Counted from the first letter of the stretch, positions 1 to 13,721 are shown. The stretch: DNA of 64,000 bases from Callorhinchus milii (GCF_018977255.1 NW_024704742.1:130202001-130266000), one strand, 5' to 3'. Notes: generated from the letters alone by a model not told the origin. Made by a program: numbers and translations.

Positions 1-89
1 TCAATTTTATGATCACACTTTTATCCTCCCTGTTGCATTGCTGGGACCTGTTAATACAGCAGTTTTTCTACTTCTCTAAAGTAACGTAC

Positions 90-557
90 CCAGTTAGTGT
101 TGTTCTGCGGCTGTGCTTTCTTGAACTGCATCAGACACTCGGCGATACTTTGGGACAGCAGTTCCACTTCTTTCTGCTCTACAGATGGAGTCATCACCCG
201 ATCTGCTACACAAGATACAAATACAAGGAAAGCCACTAACCGCCCACAGCAATACTTTCTTGGTTCATTCAGTTCAGATGCAACTCTAGAAATTATCCGG
301 GCACCATCTTCAACGCTTAAAAGATTCATTCCAGATATATCCTTGAGAATGGATTCTGAGATCTTAGAGATGACTTCCTCTAAACTTCCCATCTCTTTAC
401 AGGAGGATTCAATAACTTGGCTTTTTCCCTGGCTATGATCCATTAAAAGCTTTGTCATATCACTGCATCGAGCCCGGATTTCATCATCAGACAAGTCGAC
501 TGGGATGGAATGAAGCCCTTTCAGAATCTCTATCATTATCTGAGGTCGGGTAACCAT
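90..557 (-). CDS. Divergent Bcl-2-family protein (MCL1/BCL2A1-like), first coding exon, 156 codons; the remaining exon(s) lie off the left edge
   Basis: The BH1-like segment IISRVASELNEPRKYCCGRLVAFLVFVSCVA (NWGR replaced by CCGR) is followed by a helix-6-like LLSQSIAECLMQFKK. The exon ends NNTNW|GTACGT, a phase-0 donor exactly at the conserved Bcl-2-family BH2 intron position (xxGW|). An in-frame TAA lies 2 codons upstream of ATG 557. Confidence 0.8.
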
Positions 558-671
558 GTCTTAGCTTTGTAACGTAGTTGCCTGAAGTGTGAATGATCCT
601 TTGGTAGATTTTATTTGAACCCTGTTACTAACCCTGTTGATAACCATGCATATAACTCTTTATCATCCATG

Positions 672-681
672 GGGAGTTTCC
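672..681. promoter_or_regulatory. NF-kB site upstream of the Bcl-2-like ATG
   Basis: GGGAGTTTCC matches GGGRNWYYCC exactly. An ISRE-like TTTCCATTTC lies at about 703-712. Confidence 0.4.
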
Positions 682-1479
682 ACTGGATTTTTTTAGTTCC
701 GTTTTCCATTTCAATAACTTTCCCCAGCCGATGCATTTTATTTCATAGCTCAGCACCCACTTTCACCTTAACAAACCTCCGCTCAAAACAACACAGTGAG
801 GAATGATATCTAATGGCCAAATGTATTGTGGTGACAGCACCACACCCAACTTCATATATCTTTCTGCTCATTGAGAATTGACACTGAAAACATGACCATA
901 CATGGTTGCACACTCACCTTACTAAGCCAATCCAGAACCTTGGTATCTTGCTTGACCCTCAACTATCCTTTCTACCCCAGATCCGTGCCATAACTCACTC
1001 TGCCTTCCCCCAACTTCACAACATCACCCGGCTCTGCCACTGTCTCACACCACAGGCTGCCGAGACCCTAATTTTTCACATTGAAAGACAAAAAACTTTT
1101 CAAAAACCACTAAAATAAAAGTCACAATGACTCCTACTGTGTATATGAATGGCAAATGCTTGAGAGATCTCTTGTTTTGATGGTTCCCTGCAGTAAATTT
1201 GACTTCACTTTTAATAACCGATTTCCACACTGCTATCAGCGTTCTGTTTTCCCACGCCCCTATCAGTGTTCAGCATCTTTCCTGCCCATACAGGACACGC
1301 AGTCAGAGCCAGTGGTGTGGAACCTACTACCTGGTTTCTCTGCTGGGACTCAACACCGTCCCCACTTCTTCACAAAATGTGCAGCCAGGTATTGATAATT
1401 CAATTACAATTTACATGTTTATGTATATATATATATATAAATCCCTGTTACACTATATTCTGTGAAGCACTTTGAGACG

Positions 1480-2455
1480 TGCTCCCCCTTGGTGACATCA
1501 TCCTCAGACATGGTGTCAACTTCCACATGTATGCGGAAGACACCCAACTCTATCTTTCTGCTTCTATCCTCAATTCCAGGACCACTGCTGTCCTGACAGA
1601 CTGCCTGTCAGACATCAAGTCCTGGGTGAGGGCAAACTTCCTACAGTTGAATATGAACAAGACTGAGGCCCTCCTGATTGGCTCGCGCCAGCGCCTCAGC
1701 ACCTCAGGCTCTGGCACATCAACCTCCATGGTTGCACACTACAACTCACCAAGCCAGTCAGGAACCCAGGGGTCTTGTTCGACCCTCAACTGCCTTTTCT
1801 CCCCCCCATCCAAGCCATGACCCGCTCTGCCTTTCCTCACCTCCGTAACATCGCCCGACTCTGCCACTACCTCACCCCTCAGGCTCGACTATGCAAATGC
1901 CCTGCTTGTTGGCCTTCCCAACTCCTCCCTCCACAGGCTGCAGATAATCCAGAACTCTGCAGCCCATGTCCTCTCCCGCACCAAATTCCATCGCCCCCAT
2001 TCTCGCCCGACTCCATTGCTCCTTATCCTTCAGAAGTTCCAGTTCAAGATCCTGGTCCTCACCTGCAAAGCCCATCATGGCCTCGCCCCAACCTACCTCT
2101 GTGACCTCCTAAACCCCTATCAACCCGCCCGCTCCCTCCGCTCAGCCGGCTCTGGCCTGCTCCACTTCCCCCGACCCACCCACCCCACCATTAGCGGGAG
2201 AACTCTCAGCCACTCTGCCCCCAACTTCTGGAATTCCATCCCCCAGTCACTCCACCTCACCCCCTCCTTAGCCTCCTTCAAGTCCCGCATCAAGACCCTC
2301 CTCTTCAACCATGCCATCGGTCACCCCCCTTCCTCTCCTCTCCCTTCTCCCCCCTGACCCCAGCTCGGGTCTGAAATGTTGTACACTGTCCAGTGTCTTG
2401 GGACGTCCTCCCGACGTGAAAGGCGCTATACAAATGTAATCTTGTTGTTGTTGTT
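1480..2455 (+). mobile_element. L2-clade LINE 3' fragment (a further piece at about 900-1075)
   Basis: Degenerate RT ([12 protein letters not shown]), the C-terminal FKILVLTCKAHHGLAPTYL segment, and a (TTG)n tail. Confidence 0.85.
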
Positions 2456-3889
2456 ATTGAGACGTCTCAACAATGTGATAAGACGCTATATCAAATGCAA
2501 AGATTATTATTATTATTTAGACAGTGCCTTTCACTTTGGGAGGATGCCTCAAAGGGCTTCTCGCAACTGATTGCTCAAGCAAGGTTGAAAAGATATGTCT
2601 TAAGGCAGGTTTTACAATACAAACATTATGCAAAGTTATATTTGTAACTTTTGAATAACACATACACGGGAGGACTTTTGAAGGCACAAAGGGACAAGAT
2701 AGAGAGACTCCACAATGGAGTACGGCGATAGCTGTCTGAAAGTTTGCCTACGATTCAACCTCATTGAATGGCTTAATTAACTAGTCTGCTGAGAGGAAGT
2801 GCATTGCCCTTCTAATAGTAAAGCTGTAAGTGTGGACAATATTAATGCTGAGTTCCTAAAAGCTGTTCTGTTGTGGGGAATAACAAGAGTCCTGCAGATG
2901 AGAAAAGAGCTATATCAAATGCAGTGATCATTTGTGATTTAATAAAAAGGCAGAACTGGTTTTATGGGCCAAATAATTTACTCATGCTACTGTGCTGCAA
3001 TTACTAAACTGCTGAGGTATAAGAAAAGGGCAGGTAAATGGGACTGAAAGGATCTCTGTTTAAAAGAACCAGCGCAGACACGATGGGCCGAATGGTCTTC
3101 TTCTGTGCTGAAATTTCTTTAGTTCTGTGGTTATAGGGGCCTGTTTCTGACCTGTAACTGTGAGAATCTGATTGCGCAATGATAGCCCCTGTATAGGGAT
3201 ACTATACAAATGATCCAGGAGTGACATTTTTAAAAATTAACTGAAAAACTTATTAAATAACAGGAAGCATGTGAAGATTGTGTAATGCATATTTACATCT
3301 GCTACATTCAACACGATGAGCCAAATGGCCTTCTTCTGTGGTGTAAATTTCTATACATTTTGGCGTATGAGTAAATATGAGGGCAATGTCGTCTAACTTT
3401 CATGTATTCAAATGTATTATTCATAGAGTAAATAAATATTACATTTAACCAGGTTCCTTCTTTGTAACAATCACTTAACTGTACATGTTTGCCTAAATTT
3501 AAAGATAAACTCCCACTGAGATACTATAGCTGTAATATAAAATAGACAATTATTTGGGGAGGACAACTTTGCAGGGCTATGGGGAGAGAGTGGGGGAGTG
3601 GGATTTAATTGGATAGCACTTTTCAAAGAGCTGGCACAGACACGATGGGTCAAATGGCCTCCTTCTGTGCTGGATAATTCTATGATTCTATGATACCCTC
3701 CGGACCTGTATACAAGATACATGTAGCCCAGCAATGAACTCTTCTTTTAAAGAAATACATTGGGCTTAAAAGATAATTTTCCTCTGTCCGTGAGTCGTTT
3801 GTTTGAACCAATGTCCATTGACCATCCAGTGCGATAACACTATAAGCGTTGATCTGATTTGTGGCAGTGTACAGTCTGATTCGCAGTAT

Positions 3890-3908
3890 CAGCCACAAGG
3901 TGGCAACA
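3890..3908 (+). promoter_or_regulatory. CTCF-like motif
   Basis: CAGCCACAAGGTGGCAAC matches the CCACNAGGTGGCA core. Further CTCF-like motifs lie at about 4137-4154 (-) and 4161-4177 (+). Confidence 0.45.
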
Positions 3909-5279
3909 CTATCTGTTTTGTTCATGCTCGGTTTTGTTGCTGAAGAAGGTGAGGAGGCAGCCAACACTGATTGTAATTACCTGTGGTGCCCTTTGACACC
4001 GTAAAGTGCTATAAAAATGCAAGTTCTTTCTTTTCCTTCATTTTATTTTTTTCTCTTTTTCTTGCTCTTTACCAGAATAAAAGCAAACATGAAGATTATG
4101 CATAAAATGTGTCCATGTCTTTGCCATATCCCATTTCAGCCACCTAGTGTCACTATGGTTCACCTGGAGGTGGCAGGTACAGTGAGGATAAATGTAGAAT
4201 AAAACTCCTTTCTTCTGCACTCAACTCAGAAAAGCACTAATTACTGCGCTGGATTTTTAAAAATTCTACGTGTCACTTTCAGTGAGATTGCTAATTTGGT
4301 GCTGATTTAACAGTGGTTCTCTGCTCTATCATGCTCTATCTATTGGTTTTCGACTGCCCTCACACTCACTCACAGGATCACAAGATTGGTCTGGATAATG
4401 AAGGCCCATCTACCCATCTGATCTCATCTCTCCAGAACACCCACCTTACCATACCCTCATCACTGTGTCAAACTGCTTTTTAAATGAGTCTAGTGTCCTG
4501 GCCTCTACCACCTTACCTGGCATTCATTGATTAACCTCTGCATAAGGAAAAGCTTCCTGGTATCTGTCCTGAAATTGCCCTTAACAACACTAAACTTATC
4601 TCCTCTTGTTCTACTGTCTTGATATATCCTAAAGAATCATCCAGATTTAATTTTTCAATATTACATTTTGTACACCTCTATGAGGTCCCCTCTGAGTCAA
4701 CTTCTCCCAAGACTGAAGAGCTTATCTAATCGTTGCGAAGAGTATAGCTCATTCTTCTAACACTGAGGATCATCCTCATTGCTCTCCTCTGTACTGCCTG
4801 CAGGACCTGGACCTTATGTCACTGTGACCAGAACTGTGGCAGGATTCCAGGTCCAGTCTGACCAGATCACTGTACAGCCCGAGAATGACTGGAATCTAAA
4901 ATCAACTGATTTAGCAATATAGCCCAGCATCCTGTTTGTCTTGTTTATTGCTGCCGCACACTGTTTTAACATAGTAAATAATGAGTCAACTAATACCCCT
5001 AGATCTCTTTCAGCTTCCCCCTTAGTCTTTTTTGACCGTGCCTTCACCCTGCCCTCCCTGATTCCAATCCTGCTCCCATACTTGGGTCCTGTTCCCTGAC
5101 TCTTCAGTGGCTTGGAACATCTTCCCGACGTGAAAGGCGCTTTACAAATGTAATTTTGTTGTTGTTTAATCTCATCCATTAAGTACTTGTGTTTCCTATT
5201 CTTTGATCCTATATGTAGCACCTTGCATTTATCTGTATTAAACTTAATTGACCACTTATCATGACCACATGTGCATACA

Positions 5280-5915
5280 ACAACAACAACAACTTGCATT
5301 TATATAGCGGCCTTCACGCATGGTCGCGTCCTGGAGTGCTTGTCAGTGATAAGTCTGACTCCGAGCCAGGCAGAGAAGGAGGGGAGAGGTGACTGTAAGC
5401 ACGATCAAAAAGGAAAGGCTTTAGGTGGGATTTAAGAGTGGGGAGGGAGGGGGCAAAGCGGAAGGATTGAGGGAGAGAGTTCCAGAGTTTCAGAGTGGAG
5501 TTGCTGAAGGTACGGCCACCAATGGTGGAACAGAGGGGGGCGAGAGATGAACAGGAGGCCAGAGCCAGCCGAGCGGAGGCAGCGGGTGGGGAAGTGGAGG
5601 GTAAGCAAACCGGATAGGTAGGGAGGTGCGAGGGCATGAAGGGATTTGAATACGAGTGAGAGGATCTTGAAATCGATCTGTTCGGTAATTGGGAGCCAGT
5701 GGAGCCTGGCAAGGACTGGTGTTATGGGGGTACGGAGTTTTGTGCAGATGAGTATCTGGGCAGCATAGTTCTGAATTTTGTGTATGATGGAGCTGGGGAA
5801 ACCAGCGAGGAGGGCATTGGAATAGTCCAGCCGGGAAGTGACATAGGCGTGGATGAGGGCGATGACAAGGGTTTCGGCTGCTTCAGTTGTGAGGTAGAGA
5901 TGGAGGGGGGCAATG
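5280..5915 (-). mobile_element. L2-clade LINE 3' fragment, inside a decayed CR1 (about 4480-5275)
   Basis: ORF 5432-5932 reads SRLDYSNALLAG...LARLHWLPI, with a (CAA)n tail on the plus strand. Confidence 0.85.
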
Positions 5916-6805
5916 CAACAAATACCTATCAAGCTCTCTTTTTATAAATAAAATGAAGAATAATAATAATCTTGCATTTGATATAGCGCCTTATCACGCT
6001 GTTGAAACATCTCAAAGGGCTTCACAGAATATACTGTAAAGTGAATTGATTATATTTTGTGGGCAAAACGCAGCAGCCAATCGTGCACAAACAGACATAG
6101 ATTGAGTGACCACGTTATTATTATTATTATTATTTTTTTAACACGTTCTCTGCCTACTTCTCTCCAAACTTTCCCTCTTTATTGTGGTGATGGAGGGAGT
6201 GGGGTAGGAGAAAATAAAGGAAAGAGGAGGAGGTAAGGTAGGAATCTGGCCGAGCTCGGAAACTCTTTAGAGAGAGAGCTGTAGAGAAAAGAACATTTCA
6301 TTTTACCTCCTGATAAAAGGTTGAAATCAGACGCTTCCCCCTGATTGCACATTGCAAGGCGGGATAGTGAGCAAATAGTGAATCTGTGGAACAGGCTCCA
6401 TAGGGAGACGGTTGAAGCAGGAAGTGTTTAGATAGATAGTTTTCTTTTAGGAAATAACATTGTGGGATATAGTACATGGGTAGTTTGGGATGTATGTGCA
6501 TGCGACCACCAGGAAGGGAGGAGGTGAACTAGATGGACCTTGGTCTTTCTTCTTGGGACGTCCTCCCGACATGAAAGGCGCTCTATAAATGCAATCTTGT
6601 TGTTGTTGTTGTTGTTGATGTCTAGCATTTCTTATGTTCTTATAGGATGACAATACGGATCCAGATAATGCCCAAATCAGTACCATCTGAAACAGCTCTG
6701 TGTTCAGGTAAGAGTGGGATCGAAAGCCCCGAGTTAGTAGATTCAGTGTCACACAGAGCTAGGTTGAAACTGCAGGTGAACTCATCACACTGGTCAGGAT
6801 TCAGT

Positions 6806-8480
6806 ACATAACATAACATAACATAACATAACATAACATAACATAACATAACATAACATAACGTAACATAACATAACATGTAGGAGCAGGAGTAGGCCTT
6901 CGAGCCTGCCCCGTCATTCAATCATGGCTGATCTAATCTAACTTCAGCTAATACCATAACCCTGCCTTATCCCCATATCCCTTAATCCCTTTTGCAATAA
7001 GAAACATATCTATCTCAGTCGTGAATATGTTCAAGGACTGAGCGTCAACAGTCCTTTGGGGTAGCGAGTTCCATACATTCACCACCATTTGAGTGAAGAA
7101 GTTCTTCCTCAACTCAGTGCGAAAGGGCTGACCTCTGATTTTAAGGTTGTGACTCCTGGTTTTAGTTTGATGATCTTTGATGATCTTATAGGTTTCTATA
7201 AGATCCCCTCTAATTCTTCTATATTCTAGAGAACATAGGCCCAAATTGGTCAGCCTATCCTCGTAACTCATCCCCTTCATCCCTGGTACTAACCTAGTAA
7301 ATCTACGCTGCACCCCCTCCAAGGCAAGTACATCCTTCCTTAAATAAGGAGACCAAAACTGCACACAGTATTCCAGGTGTGGTCTCACCAGGGCCCTATA
7401 CAGTTGCAGCAAGACTTCCCTACTCTTATACTCTAATCCTTTCATAATGAATGCTAACATACCGTTTGCCTTCCTAATTGCTGCTGCATCTGCAGACTAA
7501 CTTTCTGTGATTGGTGTACAAGGACACCCAAGTCCCTCTGGACGCTAACACATTCCAATCTCTCCCATTCAAAAAAATAACCCCTCTACTGTTTTTGCTA
7601 CCAAGGTGGATGACTTCGCACTTCCCTACATTATACTTCACCTGCCACCTACCCAATCACCTAACCTATCTATGTCTCGCTGCATTATTTTAATGTCGTC
7701 CTCTGTGTTGACACTTCCTCCTAGTTTTGCGTCATCCGCGAATTTAGATGTATTAACTTTGATGTCCTCATCTAGATCGTTGATGTAGATGGTAAATAGC
7801 TGAGGCCCAAGGACTGATCCTTGTGGCACTCCACTAGTCACATGCCGCCAATCTGAAAAGGACCCGTTTATCCCTACTCTTTGTTTCCTACCCGTTAACC
7901 ATTCCCCAATCCACGTTAATATACTCCCCCCAATTCCATGGGCCCTTAACTTTTGGACTAACCTTTTATGCGGCACCTTATCCGGAACCTTGGGCAAGTT
8001 TCCTTACTCCACACGCCTAATAATAATCCCTCCAAAACAAAACTAAATTGGTCATTTTCAATCTACGACTGTTTGTGGGACACTGCGCAATTGGCTGCCG
8101 CGTTCGCCCACAAATATACAGTCAATTCACTTTGCAGTATATTCTGTGAAGCGCTTTGGGATGTCTAAAAGACCTGAAAAGCGCTATATCAAATGCAAGG
8201 ATTATTATTATTATTATTATCGAATGCCTTCTGGAAGTCCAAATAGACCACATCCACTGATTCACCCTTATCTAGCTTTCTGGAAATATCCTCAAAAAAC
8301 TCTATGAGGTTTGTCAAACATGACTTCCCTTTTGTAAAGCTATGTTGACTTGACCTAATTATATTGTGCTCCTCTAAATACCGCACTACCACATCCTTAA
8401 TCAATCATTCTAAAATTTTTCCTATCACTGATGTGAGACTAACTGGCCTATAGTTCCCCATCTTTTCTTTTCCACCTTTT
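6806..8480 (-). mobile_element. CR1-clade LINE 3' part with (ATGTT)n tail, interrupted by a truncated SINE at about 7985-8220
   Basis: RT motifs YLDFQKAFD, GVPQGSVLGP, KFADD and [13 protein letters not shown] are spread across frameshifted ORFs. (ACATA)n runs 6806-6878. Confidence 0.9.
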
Positions 8481-8542
8481 TTAGATAGTGGTGCTGCAGG
8501 AGCTGAGTGTTTGGATATGTATTTATGTACATATGTACGTAC

Positions 8543-8580
<38 letters not shown>

Positions 8581-8583
8581 ATA

Positions 8584-8892
8584 TAATAATAATAACCTTG
8601 CATTTGATATAGCGCTTTCCACGTCATCTAGAAGTTTCAAAGCGCTTCACAGAATAGACTGTAAAGTGAATTGACCATACATTTGTGGGCGAAACGCGAC
8701 AGCCAATTGCCCACAAACAGTCGTGGATTGAAAATGACCAATTTATTATTGTTTTCGGTTTTGGAGGGATTATTATTATTAGGCGTGTGGAGTAAGGAAA
8801 CTTGCCCAAGGTTTCGCCCTCTGCCTGGAATTGATCCCAGGTGTCTCGCTTGCAAAGCGAGTGCTCTAAACCACTGAGCTACAGGACTCCAC
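8584..8892 (-). mobile_element. tRNA-derived SINE, full length
   Basis: Head GGAGTCCTGTAGCTCAGTGGTT (A box) with a B-box-like GGTCAATTCC, and a (TAT)n tail. Many copies occur in the window. Confidence 0.9.
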
Positions 8893-9160
8893 AATGTAAA
8901 TTAAATTGACTGTACATTTTGTGGGCAAAACATGGCAACCAAATGCGCATAGCAGTGTCCCACAAACACTTGTGGATTGAGTGACAAATTTTTTTTATTT
9001 TTTTTGAAGGAATTATTTATATAAGTAAATCTTGGAAGGTGGCAGGACAGGTAGATAGATATCAGCGCCTTGGGACGTCCTCTCGACCTGAAAGGCGCTA
9101 TACAAATGTAATTTTGTTGTTCTTGTATATAAAGCTGTAAAAAAAAGCATATGGATACTA

Positions 9161-10250
<1,090 letters not shown>

Positions 10251-10403
10251 CGGGTAAATATGAATTCTTTGCGACGACCTTTTAGAAACGGTACTTTCCT
10301 TCAGGTATGAAACGCCATCTCCTCCTGTCACCCCCTCAGCCCACACCGGGGCAGTGTGGACCAGAGGCTGGAGAGCGACACTCAGCAGTTGACATTCTTG
10401 GCG

Positions 10404-10488
10404 ATGACGTTTTAGAAACTGTAGTTTCCTTATCGAAACACGCAAAGGCTTCTATATATAGACACCTCTATCAGAGCTGAACCATTTC
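10404..10488 (+). promoter_or_regulatory. Core promoter of NOXA-like copy A
   Basis: CRE-like TGACGT at 10405-10410, ISRE-like AGTTTCCTTATC at 10423-10434, TATATATA at 10453-10460, and Inr CCATTTC with its A at 10484. The same set is conserved in copy B. Confidence 0.7.
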
Positions 10489-10744
10489 CTGGTCGCTGTG
10501 CAGTGCAGTGCAGTGCAGTGAGTGAGTGAGTGAGTGAGTGAGAGCGGAGTCGCAGCGTCACAGACAGTGAAGCAGCAGATAGACGTGTCTGCGCTTGTCT
10601 CCAGCAGGGAATCAGCACAGTCACTACACCTCAGCCCCATAAAGAGAGGAGTCCCACATCATCCCACACACACAGAGACACACAGAGACACACAGACAGA
10701 CAGAGAGTCACTGAAGGAGACAGTAGAGGACCTTATTGTTGACA

Positions 10745-10835
10745 ATGGTGGGAAGCCCAAGACACAGAATGAATGGTTACTTGAGGTCAACTGGACCCAG
10801 TGCTGAAGCTGAACCCAGAGCGGCTCCACCAGAGG
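10745..10835 (+). CDS. PMAIP1: NOXA/PMAIP1-like BH3-only protein, copy A, coding exon 1 (MVGSPRHRMNGYLRSTGPSAEAEPRAAPPE)
   Basis: Strong Kozak context ACAATGG and a phase-1 donor G|GTAACT that splices in frame to the BH3 exon. Confidence 0.8.
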
Positions 10836-11249
10836 GTAACTATCCTCTCTCACACAGTACACCCAACACCCCGACCCCCACAGTCACACACATTCCCAGC
10901 GATAGCAGCGTCAGGACTGCAGGACATCCGTGAAAATACCTGACACCAGGACCACAGCTCAGTGTCTGTCACTTCCACATCTCCTGCCTCCCAGTGACAG
11001 CCCCGCGTGGTGTGGTGCTGCTGGTGCTGGCGGTGCTGTTGTTGTTGTTGTTGTTGGGGGGAGGGGACAAAGTCGTGTTTCTTTAGGAAAGACAAATGCT
11101 TTTTTTTTAGGAAAAAACAACTGTAGTTTCTGCATTGTTTTGAAGCGCCATTTCTTATCGCTTTTTTTTTTCTCTTTCTAAGATGTTGAGCGCCTCTCCA
11201 TCACTTGTTTCGGAAGAAAACAAACTTGTTTTCTTCATGTATGAAAGCG

Positions 11250-11522
11250 TGTGTATGTGTGTATGCGTACATGTGAGTATGTATATGTGTGTTTCTGTGA
11301 GTATGTATGTATGAATGTGTGTGAGTATCTATGTGTCTGTGTGTGTATGTGTCTGTGTGTATGTGTGAGTCTGTATATGTACGTGTGTGTATATGTATGT
11401 ATGTGCGTGAGTGTGTATATGTATGTATATGTATGTGTGTGTGTGTGAGTATGTATATGTATGTGTGTATATGTATGTGTGTGTGCGAGTATGTGTATGT
11501 ATGTGTGTGTATATATGTATGT
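11250..11522. repeat. TG/TA-rich low-complexity tract in the copy A intron
   Basis: Direct reading. It is absent from the copy B intron. Confidence 0.9.
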
Positions 11523-11963
11523 TTTTGGAAAAAAAGGTCTTCATTTGGAAAAACAAATACTTTTTTGGGGGGAACTATAGTATTCGTTTTAAAGCGTGAT
11601 TTTTTCTGTTTGTTTCTGTCATTTTGAAAGCTTCTCCATCGCTTCCTTCACGTTTGGGGGCAAAGAAGTTGGTTTTCCTGGGGGTGTATTATAGAAATTT
11701 ACAGGACAGAAGGAGGCCATTCAGCCCATTGAGTCTGCACCAGCTCTCAGAGCAAGGTGTTCATTCAATCCCACTGCGCTGCCTTATCCCCATATCCCTT
11801 CAAGCCTCTATCGGTCATTTACCTGTCCAGCTCCTGCTTGAAACCCACAAAGGACTCTACCTCTACCACCTTGCTTGTATTATTGCTACGTTTGTATTCT
11901 TACCACACAGCCCAGCGAGGAAACTCAAGTTGTTGATGTTTTGTGTTGTGCTTTTTGCTCCAG

Positions 11964-12076
11964 ATCCGAACGCTATCAAGGAGTGCGCGATGAGGATGAG
12001 GAAGATCGGAGACCTGTGCAACTTTCTCCAGGTGGTGATGAACACCTTGAGGAGCGCCCTGAGACTGATCACCTGA
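11964..12076 (+). CDS. PMAIP1: NOXA/PMAIP1-like copy A, coding exon 2 (DPNAIKECAMRMRKIGDLCNFLQVVMNTLRSALRLIT*)
   Basis: Acceptor CTTTTTGCTCCAG. ECAxxxRxxGDxxNF matches the NOXA BH3 signature (human, recalled: ECATQLRRFGDKLNFRQKLLNLISKLF). The protein totals 67 aa. Confidence 0.85.
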
Positions 12077-13163
12077 TGACCCGAAATCCGGACAAAAATT
12101 AAGAAAAAAAAAAGATTTTGAACAAACAAGAGGAGTCGTTTAGAGATTTTCTATTTTTTTCCTCTCCCTCGTTTCTCCTGAGTCCTTTTTTGTCACTGGA
12201 TGTGATGTTGGTGTAAAACGATCCAGGCTGGAAGTCGCCTTTTAAACAAGTTTCCGGTTCAGACAGATATAGCAGAGGTTTGGATCCTGTTTTGTGTGGG
12301 GGGAATAAAAAAGTGACCTCCCCCCCCCCCACACACATACACCCACTGGGGTCAGGTTGCCCTGTTGGTTTGGGGACAGAGAGAGAGATGGGATGCGTGG
12401 AATTCTCAGTTGGGTCGGTTTGGATACTCTTAAATAAAGTGATGGGTTTCTAAACCCGGCTGACCAAAACGAAAAGAGAGACTGAGAGAAAGAGAAGTCC
12501 CTGCTATTTATCTGTCTGTCTGGTCTGTCTGTCTATCGTTTGACACAGAAGTTACGTGAGGGTCAGAGTTTATCCAGTTAACTGTAAACTCGAGGGAGAG
12601 GTTTAGTCTTACAGCACACAAGTCGATGTGTTGTTGTTATTGTGGGTGGGTGGCGAGGTTTTAAAAAAACATGTAAGCGCAAATTGTGAGATGGCTGTTG
12701 GCAAAAATGTAAACCAGAAACTCAGGCAGACTTTGTCAGCCAGGATATATATATAGTGGTGTGTAGCCTGGGCTTCACACACAGTCTGAGCAATGGTGAG
12801 ATCTGTACTTATCAAAGGATATTTATTTGTTCAGAAGGATTGTGCTGTGAAATGTGGAATTCTCGGTTAACAAAGATTGTCAAATGTAACAGATTTTGCT
12901 TCATATATTTGTGATGGGGCCGACTGGACTCTTAATGGAAAGCTATGTAGTTTTTAGCTCAGCAATACCGCAACTCACACTCTGGGGCACCCAGGCCTTG
13001 GCTCTTGCCAACCTGTGTCTAAAACTCTGCGGAATTAGATAAGCAGGATGCATCCCTCCGGGGAGAGAGTGCGCATTCCATTTCCAGTCACAAGGACATT
13101 TCCATTTGTAAAAACATCGTATGTGGAAGTCTCCGTCTGATTTGGATACGCTTAATACTCTTT

Positions 13164-13486
13164 GGAGTCCTGTAGCTCAGTGGTTAGAGCACTCGCTTTG
13201 CAAGTGAGAGACCTGAGTTCAATTCCAGGCAGAGGGCGAAACCTTGGGCAAGTTTCCTTACTCCACACGCCTAATAATAATCCCTCCAAAAACAAAACAA
13301 CAATAAAAAATTGGTCATTTTCAATCTACGCCTGTTTGTGGGACATTGCTGTGTGCAATTAACTGCCGTGTTCGTCCACAGATATGCAGTCAATTCACTT
13401 TACAGTATATTCTGTGAAGCGCTTTGGAACGTCTAGAAGACGTGAAAAGCGCTATATCAAATGCAAGGATTATTATAATTATAATA
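13164..13486 (+). mobile_element. tRNA-derived SINE inserted in the copy A 3' UTR
   Basis: Full head and tail. The empty site is visible in copy B (CTTAATAAGAGC, about 23773), with a probable TAATA target duplication. Confidence 0.9.
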
Positions 13487-13721
13487 AGAGCAAGGTGATG
13501 ACAGGTACATGTTTGCAAACTAATGGAGGGTGGGGGAAGGGGTGGTGGGTGCTCTTGGGCTGCTTTGCAAAAGCATGTTCTGATAATGTGTTGCTTCTAT
13601 AGATAGATATCAAGTGTATTTTTTGTAACTTCTCCATGTAAAAACTGTAATATTTTGTATTGCGCAGTAGTGCTAAACTACCTTAACGCTGTAATGGCTT
13701 TCTGGTTGTAGCAACATGTTA

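Noticed and set aside
51..89. ORF tail VRYFREVEKLLY* of the Bcl-2-like ORF
   Set aside because: It begins with the donor GTACGT at the conserved BH2 intron site, so it is most likely intron read-through. An unspliced short isoform cannot be excluded.
11875..12102. Acidic alternative frame SERYQGVRDEDEED... open in both A and B
   Set aside because: It is not in phase with exon 1, and its openness in both copies is explained by their near identity.
13164..13235. tRNA-like sequence (also at 8.8, 16.8 and 48.7 kb)
   Set aside because: These are SINE heads attached to a common body and tail, not tRNA genes.
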